Origin: Podospora anserina | Lineage: Eukaryota | NCBI GenBank assembly: GCA_017654855.1 | Contig: CM030332.1 | Span: 434,001-498,000, forward strand | Direction: 5' to 3' | Length of the DNA: 64,000 nucleotides | Shown: piece after piece, positions 10,839 to 21,913 of the stretch | Position numbering within the stretch: position 1 is the first letter of the stretch | Layout of the letters: each line of letters begins with the position of its first letter | Translations under genes and position numbers: made by a program | Notes under the pieces: model-generated | Databases searched by the model: none | Seen by the model: only the letters and a program-made list of their open reading frames with translations | Told to the model about the DNA's origin: nothing

Positions 10839-11168
10839 ATGGCTCCCTCTCACAGCGAAGTATCCAACCGTCCCAAGAACGAGAACGACCACCTAGAAAC
10901 AGGTCAGCAAATTGCCCACGGCTCCGCCGGCGACCAGAATGTTGGTCTTCCTTCCCCGCCTTCTTGATTGTGCCCAAAGAGTAAGCTCGCTGACAAGTCC
11001 AAAAAAAAATAGCTCTCCCCGAAGGTCGCCCGTGCAGATAAGCAGGCTCCTGCGCCTGAACACGAGCATGGGGCCGGAATTCCGGGTATGAATGCCAGTG
11101 GAGGCTCCAGTCAGGGGTTGTCGACGGGGCCGAATGCTGGTCAAGGGAAGGGACCGCTGAAGCCTTGA
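10839..11168 (+). CDS. Small hydrophilic Gly/Pro-rich protein (~85 aa), two exons
   Basis: CACA-ATG-G start context. Exon 1 is 10839-10940 (34 codons). Intron 10941-11012 has a GTTGGT donor, GCTGAC branch site and TAG acceptor. Exon 2 is 11013-11168, in phase, ending in TGA. Confidence 0.65.
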
Positions 11169-11594
11169 AGTGATTGGGCGCGCGGCTTCATTGGTGGTGC
11201 TTCTAGGTCGTTAATAAAAGCCTTCATATTGACTTACTGGCTTGATTCATCACATCACTTTAATGTGCAATGCGGCCTGACTGCAAGGGGGTTGTAAGAT
11301 TGCGCAGTTGAGGGTTAATACAGACTTGGGACTTGGGACTTAGGATTTGGGGAATTTCCAACAAAGAGGTGTAAACTAGCTTAGCTCGCGGCCCGCGAGT
11401 AGGTTTTGCAGATAGTTTGAAGCAGTCGGGTTGAGCCAAGTATCGCGGTCTTCCACAGGCATATGTTGGTAGAACGCGGAAGTGGTAATCATGTTGTCTT
11501 CTTCGCAACCTTCTAGCAGTAGCTTCCGTCTATCTCAAGGCCAAGAACTCAACAGCTATATTCTAGAGACTCCAGGCGCCTGAAATTACATGAT

Positions 11595-12710
11595 TTACAA
11601 CTTCCTTTGTCTACCAAAGGTGTTAGGCCCTGGGGGCTTATTGTCCAACACGCCCTCAATCTCCTCCAACACATCAGGCGTCAGCTTCTCCAGCAGCTTC
11701 AACGCACCGATGTTGTCCTCCAACTGCTCAATCTTGGTAGCACCCAAGATAACCGTGCTAACATTGGGGTTCGAGGCAGCCCAAGCAAGCGCCAGCTGTG
11801 ACACACTGCCTCCAAGACGCTCCGCAATCTTGGTCAACTTGCGCACCTTTTCAATCTTGGCCTGCCCAGCCTTGCTCTTGAGCTCCTTGACAGTATTCTC
11901 AAAGAAGGCCTTGTTGGTGGCAAAACGCGAGTCCTCGGGGATTCCATCATTGTACTTGCCGGTGAGGATGCCGCTGGCAAGAGGGGACCAGATGGTGGTG
12001 CCGTAGCCGTGATGCTTGTACAGATCCGCGTACTCGACCTCGAAGCGCTCGCGGTGGAAGGCGTTGTATTGTGGCTGCTCGACAACGGGGGCGATGAGGT
12101 TGTGCTTCTCGGCCAATCTGATGGCATCGGTGATCTGAGCGGCGGACCACTCAGAGGTGCCCCAGTAATAGGCCAAGTTGAGGTTGCGGATCACCTGGGT
12201 GAAGGCCTCGACGATCTCGAGCATGGGAACGGTGGGATCGGGGCGGTGGGCAAAGACGACATCGACGTAGGGCTGCTGGAGGCGGGCAAGTGACGACTTG
12301 AGACCCTCGACGATGTGCTTGCGGGAGAGACCGCGGGTGTTCGGCTCCTTGCGACCAGTACCGAAGAAGACCTTGGTGGTGAGGACGTACTCATCGCGGG
12401 GCCAAGCGAGCTCCTTGAGAGCTTGTCCCATCTCGACTTCAGACTCGCCATTGGCATATGTCTCGGCCGTGTCGAAGGTTTGCTGACAAAATCTGTTAGC
12501 CACCCCCTAACTAAACCCGTTTGCGAACTGTGAACTTACAATACCGTGATCCCAAGCAGTCTGGAGAATCTTCTTTACAATCTCTCCCTTCTGGGTGCCG
12601 CCGTATGTGAGCCACCCGCCGAGCGAGAAAAGAGAAACCTGCAATCCGGTGTTCCCAAGGTACCGGAACTTCATTTCCTTGGGATCATAGGCGCTTTGTA
12701 CAACAGGCAT
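11595..12710 (-). CDS. Aldo-keto reductase, Kv-beta (voltage-gated K+ channel beta subunit)-like
   Basis: [25 protein letters not shown]; intron 12483-12539 (GTAAGT...GCTAAC...CAG); [59 protein letters not shown]. Confidence 0.95.
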
Positions 12711-14117
12711 GATGGGCAGATGTTTGATCAAGATTGGAGGAATGGTTTGACAATAAACGGGACAGGACTTGGGATGGAATAGGGATCAATTGGAAGCCAG
12801 ATCAAGGGCCCAGGAAGTATTTATGAACGGGTTAAGACTGAGATGAAGGCGGACTTTGGGGAGTTTATGACGAAAAGCCGCGGGGGTGTTCTCTTCTTTG
12901 CTGTTCCCGCTCAAGAGGAGAGCTCTCCCGCCCCAATTGTGGAGAGACCCCCAATGATCGCAACAGCTATTGGCATTGTGACGACATCCATTGTTTTTTA
13001 TCCGCCATCGGGCTTTCCACTTTGCGCTTGGTCAGCTTGGAGCTAGGCCTAGGCAGTGGGGGTGCTCAACAGCCGCCAAAGTTCCTGAGCGAGGTGGAGG
13101 GTGGTGGTGTGTGTCAAGCGCCTACTGCTTGGGCGTCGCGGGAGGGACCATTACCAATGGGAACTTTCTAGTATTTTATTTCTAGCTGCCGAGGCAGGCG
13201 GGCTGCTTTCTACCTCTGGTGACCGGCATCCTCGAGGTTGGGAAGAAACATTGTCCCTGAACGACCCCGCGGCAGTGGAGAACCCCGCAGTTTGCCGATG
13301 GGGTGCATTCAATCGATGGTGGGGCATCTTAAATCCAGCCATCTTGTCGACATTGGTTGAGAACCCAAGTTGTGTCATGGGCATTATATTGCTTTCACCG
13401 GCCCGTGCTGTAACACAGGATAAATATGTAACGCGATCGGGCTGACTATCTCCACATACAAAGGTGAAACGAGTGCGCTGAGCGCCGTCTTGCTGTCAAA
13501 CGCCTTTCAACGAAAACAGGTGGATGTCATACACCAGTGGCAGTCAACATTGTTTTCAACGGCGATAGGAAGCTGTGGCATCATGAGATCTACGCTCCCC
13601 TCATCGTTGCAAGACAGCTGCTATAGAGAGCATAATTGCCGCTATTCCACAGATTTCAAGCGACAAGACAGACAGAGGCTGCTGTAAACTGTGGAGTGCT
13701 GACCGACCTAATGCCTACTTCACTTGCGAGGTTAGCATGAAAGAGAGCTGTGACGGCAAGGCTGCCTGCCTGCCAGCAGTAGCCTTGGCTCTTTGCATGA
13801 CAATAAACATTAAGCATTACGGAAAGAGCCTAGAAAACGGCAAGAAACTTCACTGAAGAAATGTGTTAGTTGTATACGTAACGGCGTAATGAACCGGTGG
13901 CCAAGGCTCCGTCGCCGGTTTGGCAACGGAAAGGGGGCCGAGGAAACCACACAGAACATCGTACGCTGCCCAACACCGGTCGCGTTTGCACCAGGGCCAA
14001 CAAGGCTGTAGAAGATGATTAAAGTCAATAAAGATGCATAAGTACATGTGGAGCATATGTACAGAGGGTATCGGTAAGTCCAACCACCAAACCTCCAACG
14101 CCAAAAACACCATTTCC

Positions 14118-15293
14118 TCAGCTCTCGCAGAATCTTCGTCCTCTTGGCTTTGGCCGAAGGGCATCTGACGATGGCTTTTGTATGCGAGTAAGCGACCCTG
14201 CCGGGCCCTTACGCTTCCGCTGAACCGGACTGCAGTCCCTCTTCCACCTTGTGCCCATACACTGAGCTGCACTTCTTGGATCGCGATGAAGTAAATCATC
14301 GACTTCATGATCGGCAAGAGGATGAGATCGTAATGGAGAGAGACTGCGGTGCCGTCGATGAGATAGGGTTGTTGCTGTTGTCTTCCTATCAAAGAAGACC
14401 TGCCCTTCTGCTTTTGGTGTGGCCATATCGGCATTATCGATATCCACCACGAAGGGTTGTACTGCCTTCCGGACGCGGTCAGTGAACGAGGTCGCTTCGG
14501 CCTCAACGCCACCCCTCTCAGCTGCTGAGGTGCCGGCGACGGTGGAAGCCGCTGGCGACTCCATGTCAGCAGACTCGGACCGTGGGCTGGGCTCATCATG
14601 ATGTGTGTGAGAAATCGATCCGGCAAGATCGCAGCAATCGGGTTCGGACTCGGAGTATGAGAGGGTTCGTGATGGTGTCTCGTAGTCGCGATGATGATCG
14701 ATCGGCGAATCGACGGATGAATCTGAACACATCGTCATAGAACGAGGCGAGGGAGGAAGTATCGAATCGTCGAGGTCGGTCGAGAACTCAAAGGGCTCGT
14801 CGGTCATGGGCACAAGACCGCCATCATCGTCATCAAAGAGAGAGCCTTGGGAGGGCGCAAGCGAGTCAACGCTGCTGTCCGCCTCGGAAGAGGAGGACGA
14901 ACCCTTGTACCACGGGTGGTCGGGGGGAAGATAGCACGCAAAGTATCGGACAAGAGAGTCAAAACTCTTGGTTCGAAAGAGCTGAACTGCGTGCTGCCAC
15001 TGGTCTTCACCGATTAGAGAAGGGTTGGCGATGATCTCGAATGCCGCTGACTCGAAGCAATCATTCAGTTCTCGCATGCGCTGTTGCTTGCGTTGGCGGA
15101 GTAGACTGTGGAACTCGTCGGCCGAACTTGCTTCGTTGGAGATTTCGGCCACATCGTGGTGAAAAGCCACAGGGTCGAGGAGGGGCAGGGGCACCGTGTT
15201 GTATTGATCGTGGAGCTTGGTGAAGAGGTCATCTCTCCTCAACCCAAACTTCCAATGGGGCCAGCTCCAACATGTGTCGGCGGGATCGTCCAT
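14118..15293 (-). CDS. Hypothetical protein (ordered N-terminal helical region, long disordered S/D/P-rich tail)
   Basis: 391-aa single-exon ORF. The N-terminal ~125 aa (WPHWKFGLRRDDLFTKLHDQYNT...AFHHDV...FRTKSFDSLVRYF) looks like a folded domain. Confidence 0.75.
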   Translation of the reverse strand: MDDPADTCWSWPHWKFGLRRDDLFTKLHDQYNTVPLPLLDPVAFHHDVAEISNEASSADEFHSLLRQRKQQRMRELNDCFESAAFEIIANPSLIGEDQWQHAVQLFRTKSFDSLVRYFACYLPPDHPWYKGSSSSSEADSSVDSLAPSQGSLFDDDDGGLVPMTDEPFEFSTDLDDSILPPSPRSMTMCSDSSVDSPIDHHRDYETPSRTLSYSESEPDCCDLAGSISHTHHDEPSPRSESADMESPAASTVAGTSAAERGGVEAEATSFTDRVRKAVQPFVVDIDNADMATPKAEGQVFFDRKTTATTLSHRRHRSLSPLRSHPLADHEVDDLLHRDPRSAAQCMGTRWKRDCSPVQRKRKGPAGSLTRIQKPSSDALRPKPRGRRFCES

Positions 15294-17579
15294 CCTCGGG
15301 TGGCAGGAATAGTGGCAGCAGTCGGTGGAGGCGGGTCTGGAAGAGGAAGTGCTGTGGGTATGAGGTCGGAGTCGGGGGAGGGGGTCGAACGGAAGAGTGA
15401 ACCAATACTGAGAACCGGGGACTGGGAGAGCTTGCTGGAATCGAAAGTGAGTCTTGCGTCGGCGCTGGAAGCCATCTAAGCACGGAGAATAGTAGAGTAC
15501 ATCGTGAGAGTTTAGTGTGGTAATTGTAGTGGTTTGAGCGCTGGACGACCGTGTCTCCAGGTGATGATGGCGTGAGGGTGATGGTGAGGATGAGGGAGAA
15601 GACGGAGCAGGGAGACACCGGGCGCTGGGGGGAGGTCGTCACAGAAAGGGTCTCGACGGCTTAGGTGCGACCGGGATGGGGGACCGTCAGGTGTTTGGAA
15701 AGAACGGCCGCAAGGGCTGATGTGTTGGATGCCCCAACTCGGAACAGTGAGAAAACTCATTGGCAGGTTGTGCTGCCTTCCGAGCCAATGAAGTGCATCG
15801 TCTAAACAAAGGAGTGGGGCCCTGCCTGCACTTTGCTACCACACCGCCGCCTGCGACCAGCTTTGCCTGCATCTCGCTTGTTGCATCGCCCCCCGACAAG
15901 CCAATCAGTGCACTTCCAACTCATGCGGTCCTGCCGTTCAGCCAATTGCCAGCACAGTGTCCCGCCCGCCACACGTTCCACAGGCAGTTTTCGTAATCAG
16001 CCTGCTGCTGGTGCCCGACCAAAGGATGGGGGTGAGTGCATCAATTTCCGTCATCATTCTCACTCATTTCTTGTCCATTTCCTCCTCCCACACTTCCTTG
16101 GTTTTCCATCACAAAAAACCGTGATGAGCGCCTTCCAAAACATCCAAGAGCCTCGAGCCTCGAGCCTTCTCAAACTTACAGCGGCTCACTCCCTCAACCT
16201 TTGGGACCGGCCGACATCATCTTGTCTGATTGAGAGCATGACTCCTTCCTTCCCTCTTGGTAATCCGCTCGCTCCTTTTATGAGATCATGTCATCCCGGC
16301 TGGCATCGCCTCGCCTCCTCCCAAAGTTCTTCATGAACCCATCCATGATTCTCGTGATGCAGCTTGCCCTCACTCAACCTGGGCAGATGACACTTTTCAG
16401 AAGGATGCGAGGGAGGTGGGGTGTGACGCTGACGTCTGAATCCCACGGGGGTGAAGATAGTACATAATTCTCTCCCCCGAGACATTTTCTCGTTCTTGCA
16501 TGAAGGAGGGGCAATATCCTGCACGACTGGTGCTCTGCGAATCACGATGCACACGGTCCCATACTTTTCTTGAGGCCAGCGTGGGCAAACAGTCCCATCA
16601 TGTGCCACCACCACTCAGACACAGGCCTCCTGAAGAAGATCACTGAGTGCTACCTGAGGCCCAAATCGGAGAGGATGCTCTGAATGGAACTGCCAGGCGC
16701 TGACGGCCGTCAACATACCATAACACCGAACTTTCCAGCCGCCAGACTTCTCTCGGGCCCGACAGACGCAATCCGTCAACGGATGGCTGAAAGCTTGGAC
16801 AAGCCATCAGAGCCTCACTGTTAACTCAGGCCGTGAAGCCCTACCAAAAGGGACAGTATGGGCTGAAGCGACCCAGGGCGCTGGAACTGGCAAGTCGGCG
16901 TGCAGCCAGTTGCAGTCGGGGTCATGGGCGAGGTATGGCTCTTGGAAGATGATGGCGGCATTTGACTGGCAAAGCTGACCGGGAATGACGGCGATTTAAA
17001 CAAATCGATATCATCTGCCAGCCCTCTTCCAAGTCGAAAGAAGCATTCGGTCAACTACTGCACTAACACGGCAGTGCGCGCGAACAGGCGGACCGGTGCT
17101 AGGCACCCGCCGGACCGCTGCTTTTCTGAGAGCTTCGATGACTCCCTCCAATCACCTCGCGCCTGGTGAGGCTGATGCCCCAGCCAAATCCATCAGCAGG
17201 GCGCAAACCTCCAGCGCTCTTCCACCTTTACTGGTTCATCTGACTTTCACTGCACCGGTCATTCAGCAAAGATGGCTCCCCAGCCTTGAAACAATAACGT
17301 ATACGCGGCCGAGAGGAATTGCTTCCTCTTATGCCGGCCTGTTGTTCGTCTTGATTTCGCAGTTTTCCTCTCGCTCGCTTTCACCCCACGATTTTATCTT
17401 GTCTGCAGCGCTGGAGAGCTTGCCGGCTCCCTCCTCTACCCTCTTTGCTTTCGTTCCATCTGCGCACATTTTACGGTTACTCCAACCCCTTACTTTACAA
17501 GTGAACAGTTCTGTTAAACTCCGTGGGCCCGTTTCTTGCTTCCTTCCAACTATCAGACCCCAATTCATTGACTTGCGCC

Positions 17580-19442
17580 ATGATTACCCCCAAGGCGGTC
17601 GCGGCGGCAGCGGCGGCCGATTCAAGGGGATTCTCGCAGGCTTCCGAGCAAAAGACCCAACCATTTTCACAATCCGAAATCCAAGCCCGTCTGGCTCGTT
17701 CCAGGATGGAGGAAGACCGCTCCATGTCTAGCACAGTTCCGCTGGACAATTTGGTGGTTCCCCAGGACAGAGATATCCGCATTCTAATGAGGCCCTTGGC
17801 GCGGGGTCGGTCCGTCAGTCCAGGCAACCACGAGAACTGCGAATGGCTCGCGCTGCACGCAGAGGTGACGGATGGCGGCGATGACACGAACCACAGCGTT
17901 TTGGCTGTCACGCAAACCCACAGGGACATCAAGTTTTCTGTCCGCGTTCCTGGCCAACGGCGCAACGACGAGCTCTGGTGCGAGCTGTACTTTGTTCCAC
18001 ACAGCAACGAACTAGTACTCCTCAACCGCTCCGAGGTGCCGTTCAAGCTATACCGTGTGTCACAGCAAGTGCCGGGCAGCCCCCGGGAGCACTTTGAACT
18101 CAAGCCTAATTTCACCAGGGCCCTCGCGCCGGGCACCTGGCGGATCAAAATCGACGACGCCGACATCCTGGACTTTCGTGTCCTGGAGAAGCGTGCGGCG
18201 AAGGCGCGCCTGCTCTCAAGCTCTTCAGCCTCGGATCTCTCAACCATCGACGGCCAGCTGGTACCCGTGACTAGGAAGCGGTCTTTTGACGACGATGAAG
18301 ATGACGAGCCTGCCACCCCTGAAAAGAACGAGAAGAGAATGCGTCCATCGGAGCCCGAGGATAAGAATGAGGACGGGGTCATAATGTTTCTTCCGGCCAC
18401 AACCAACCCACTGGTCTTTCCGCTACCCGGGACTGGCAAAGAGATTTCTACATCCGACGGCCACCCCCTCTTGGACCTAGAGTCTGACGACGTCGTTGAG
18501 ATTCCTGGCGTCAAGCTCCCAAGGGGCGGCGAGATTGACGAATACACCATCGCCAAGAGGGATCAGATCGCTACATCCAGTCTCTCTACTGTATTCACTG
18601 CTGACCACTCTGATGTCCCAGATGGGGTCATTGTTGTCAAAGTCTTGAAGACACGGACCAACGCATTGCCCAATAATGAAGCCGCCATTGCCAAGAACGT
18701 GATCCGACAGGCCGACATCTGGCTTCGAGAGCTTCAGTACCAGGAAAATCTCGAGCACAAGAGCATTGTGCGGTTGTATGGCGGTGATGCCCGGTTTCTG
18801 TCCCTCTATATGGAGCATGTTGATGCGCGCGACCTCACCGCTAAGGGCACGTGGCGTGTTGCCAGTACAGACATGTTCAATGGCGATCGGTCAGACGCTT
18901 CCCGCATCCTGCGCGACATTGCAAGTGCTCTGCACTACATTCACAGCAAAGGCTTGGTGCATAACGACATCAAGCCAGGCAACATCTTGTACAGCAGGGA
19001 CCGCGGAGCCGTACTGTGTGATCTGGGCTTGTCGACCAAAGCCCGCGACCCAGTTGCGGCTGGCACACCATGGTACGTCCCACCCGAGTTTATCGGTTTG
19101 AGGCAGCGCGGGCCCGCAAGTGATGTTTGGGCGCTGGGCGTGACAATGCTCTACGTCTTGGGCAAGATCACTTGGCCTGATGTTCGGGCCAACCAACGGC
19201 ACCCGCGCCATTTGTACTGGATAATTGCGAAGCTCAACTCACGAGATCGCGGTCCTCAAAAGGAGGCCGTATCCAGGATGCGCGAGTGGCTCGGCGAGGT
19301 TACGAGTGCCCGCAACAGCCTGGACACACATGACAAGCTTGAAAGGCTTGTTCACGGCATGTTATCACCGAACCCCAAGGAAAGAGCCACCATCAAGGAC
19401 ATCGCTGGCCACTTTCTTGCTGAGCAAGTGACCGAAAGATAG
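17580..19442 (+). CDS. Ser/Thr protein kinase with a possible FHA-like N-terminal region
   Basis: Long intact ORF with VVKVLK, HKSIVRLY, LYMEH, LHYIHSKGLVHNDIKPGNILY, LCDLGL, GTPWYVPPE, SDVWALGV and PKERAT. First ATG is at 17580 (alternative 17706). The FHA-like call is tentative. Confidence 0.9.
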   Translation: MITPKAVAAAAAADSRGFSQASEQKTQPFSQSEIQARLARSRMEEDRSMSSTVPLDNLVVPQDRDIRILMRPLARGRSVSPGNHENCEWLALHAEVTDGGDDTNHSVLAVTQTHRDIKFSVRVPGQRRNDELWCELYFVPHSNELVLLNRSEVPFKLYRVSQQVPGSPREHFELKPNFTRALAPGTWRIKIDDADILDFRVLEKRAAKARLLSSSSASDLSTIDGQLVPVTRKRSFDDDEDDEPATPEKNEKRMRPSEPEDKNEDGVIMFLPATTNPLVFPLPGTGKEISTSDGHPLLDLESDDVVEIPGVKLPRGGEIDEYTIAKRDQIATSSLSTVFTADHSDVPDGVIVVKVLKTRTNALPNNEAAIAKNVIRQADIWLRELQYQENLEHKSIVRLYGGDARFLSLYMEHVDARDLTAKGTWRVASTDMFNGDRSDASRILRDIASALHYIHSKGLVHNDIKPGNILYSRDRGAVLCDLGLSTKARDPVAAGTPWYVPPEFIGLRQRGPASDVWALGVTMLYVLGKITWPDVRANQRHPRHLYWIIAKLNSRDRGPQKEAVSRMREWLGEVTSARNSLDTHDKLERLVHGMLSPNPKERATIKDIAGHFLAEQVTER

Positions 19443-19788
19443 AGGGCCACGGTGGTCCTGTTTACAACCATGCCACAGCACCAATTTCATGTTTCGCTGT
19501 TACACGCAGTTTGGGCGTCCACGTGAAGCAGACAAGCACTGCGAAGTAAGTAAAAATCATGAAGCATACCTCAAAGGACAGCCAGTATGCCTCGAAACAT
19601 GGTCAGTGGGCGTCGAAAGATAGTCATCTTTTGAGGCATTTTGACCATTTTCAAGGCCTATTAACTATCTTTTGACTCCTGGTTTATTCAATTATGACAT
19701 ATTTTACTAACGCATGACACAGCAATCTAGGTTACCAGCCACACTACCCATAGCGATATCTATCATGCCACGCTCACTGCGTCCACTA

Positions 19789-20509
19789 TTATACGCTCAA
19801 ACCGAATACAAATAGACCAGTCAGCGCGGCCACAGAGGCCAATACGCCAACATTGACACCAACAACGGTCGACCCAGCAGTCTTTGTGCCCCCTATTTCA
19901 ATAGCTGCCGCCGACACTCCTTCTGAAGTCTTGCAAGCATCACCACTCAGCACTGTCGCGTTTTGCCTGAACCGGATATCGGCACAGTTGTACAATGACT
20001 GGCCCTTTTCGCCCAGCGTCACAACCTGAATGCTTGCGAGCGACCCATCCTGAATTGGCAAGTTGGCCGGGAGAGTCACCTTGGGGATGCACAAAGTGCC
20101 ATTGCCTGTCGAGTTGAGGAACGGGTCGGTCAGACTGTAGTTGAAGTTGGCCACGTTCTCACCGAGGCCGAGGTTGACAAAGATGTATGTCCACTCGTGG
20201 TGCAGATCGAGAACTAGGGAGCCGCCGTCAAGGGGCCAGTCGGTCACGTTGCCGAGGTCACCAGGGACACCGGCGCCTGTTTGGAAGCGGGGGATGGGTC
20301 AGCAATTTTTTTTGGGAGGAACATAGACTTTGGAAGGGAGATATAAGGGAAGGGAAAGGAAACAACGAACATGGATATTCCCACTGGGAGTAGTTGCTTG
20401 TGGAGGCGCTGCCTAGGGTGTTGTCTCTCCAAGTAGGGTACTCAATGCCGAAGTGGGCGGTGGCGACCTGAGCGGATGCCAACAAGGCGAGAGCGGTGGT
20501 GAGGGCCAT
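19789..20509 (-). CDS. GPI-anchored Bim1/X325-like (LPMO-like) copper-binding protein
   Basis: Signal MALTTALALLASAQVATA, then mature N-terminal His (HFGIEYPTWR). Intron 20277-20370 gives YPCAG. Further motifs: TDWPLDGG, LDLHHEW, GNGTLCIP, ASIQVV...LYNCADIRF, and a hydrophobic C-terminal GPI-type tail. Confidence 0.88.
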
Positions 20510-20937
20510 TCTTTTTCTGGGAGGGATACAAATATTGATGGACGGTTTCAAGTGATGGAGGGAGGATATATGATTGGAATATTCGAGGGAGTGGAGTATT
20601 TGACTGGTGAAGGATGAGGATATGATGATGCTCCTGGAGAGATCACAATGGGCAAATTCGTATGCCACGGATGGGGTTATATATTTGGGAGTTTCGGACG
20701 ATTTTTTTTCTGGAAGTGAATACAACAACTGATGGGTGGCATGGAACAAATGGCTGCAGAAGGATGGGAAGCACAAGCTTAGTTATACTTCTCCCTCTGT
20801 TCCTTCCACCAACACCGAGCTGATGATGGGGAAGATGTCGACAGGGAAGAGGGGGCCAGCCTCACCGTAGCTAGCTGTATTTTTACTAGCCAGTTCTCCC
20901 CCTTGGCCAATGACATATAGAGGATTACCCTGATATC

Positions 20938-21178
20938 TGAGCAAGTTTGATATCGCCATGTGCTTCTGATGTGTGTTCCCCTGCAAATGCATCCTGTTGT
21001 TGTCCTCGCTTCCATCCCTGTGGTTTGTTGATGCGGCCGAGCAGCAGGAACCCCACACTGCGGCGGCGAGTCCCTAGCTGCCAAGGCCTGGGACTTGCCT
21101 TTTTGGGAGAGAACTGGCAGTGAGGGGGGGTTGTGATTAGCTGGGAGAACTGTGGAGGGGAGGCGGGAAACTTGCTCA
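20938..21178. promoter_or_regulatory. Pair of inverted copper-response-like elements (TTGCTCA core) upstream of the Bim1-like gene
   Basis: TGAGCAAGTTT at 20938-20948 is the exact reverse complement of AAACTTGCTCA at 21168-21178. The core resembles the Mac1-type CuRE TTTGCTCA. Confidence 0.45.
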
Positions 21179-21602
21179 AACACACGCAGCATTGCAGTGA
21201 TTATTGGCTTTGCCCTTGTGGGGATTTGTAACGACTTGTTTGAGTTGGGAAGTTGATAGGTGATGGATGAGAGTGGTGAGAATAAAGGTTGGTTTTGACG
21301 AGGTGGGATTGGGAACCCCAACCCATGGTATGGGGGTGTGCGGATATTGCGTGCTGATACCCAAGGAAGGGAAGGTTCGGGAAGGCAATATGCAGTTCTG
21401 GGCGTTGGAATTACACATCGGTCACCTCACTCGCCCCCTGGTTTAAAACACCGGCCTTCCCTCTGGGCGTTTTCTTTTGATGTTTCTGTAAAGGCAAATA
21501 TCTGAGGCATCAACAAAATTCCCAAGCAAGGATACCGCCACGACGCAAAAGCTTCCAGGGCTGAACATGGACGCGACTCCTCTTAGAAAGCAGTTTTCCA
21601 CC

Positions 21603-21700
21603 CATTGCGTTTGAGAAAAGTAACCGCGCATTCCGTTTGAGAAAATAAACAACCCGTGGTATTTGAGAAACTAACCCACACATTGCGTTTAAGAAAAGAA
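21603..21700. repeat. 26-bp-period minisatellite, 4 degenerate copies
   Basis: TTT(G/A)AGAAA recurs at 21610, 21636, 21662 and 21688. Three of the units begin CATT(G/C)CG. Confidence 0.8.
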
Positions 21701-21913
21701 AGGCCCAAGCTCAACGTTTTCCCCCTCTTTTTGATCAACCTGTTCTCAACCATGCTCCTCCTCCACATACAGAACAAAAACACGGAGAAACCTCAACAAA
21801 CACTGAAGCCAAACATTTCAAGCATGCATAGCTATCCAACTTCACAAATGGAAACGCTAAGAGAGATCCGAAACGACAAAAGACGGCACTGAACCCAACC
21901 AAACGACATCATC

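Noticed and set aside
17495-18556. 353-aa minus-strand ORF
   Set aside because: Antisense shadow of the kinase gene, with no domain features.
21603-21700. CRISPR-like appearance of the periodic repeat
   Set aside because: Eukaryotic context, a 26-bp total period, related rather than unique spacers, and no cas genes.
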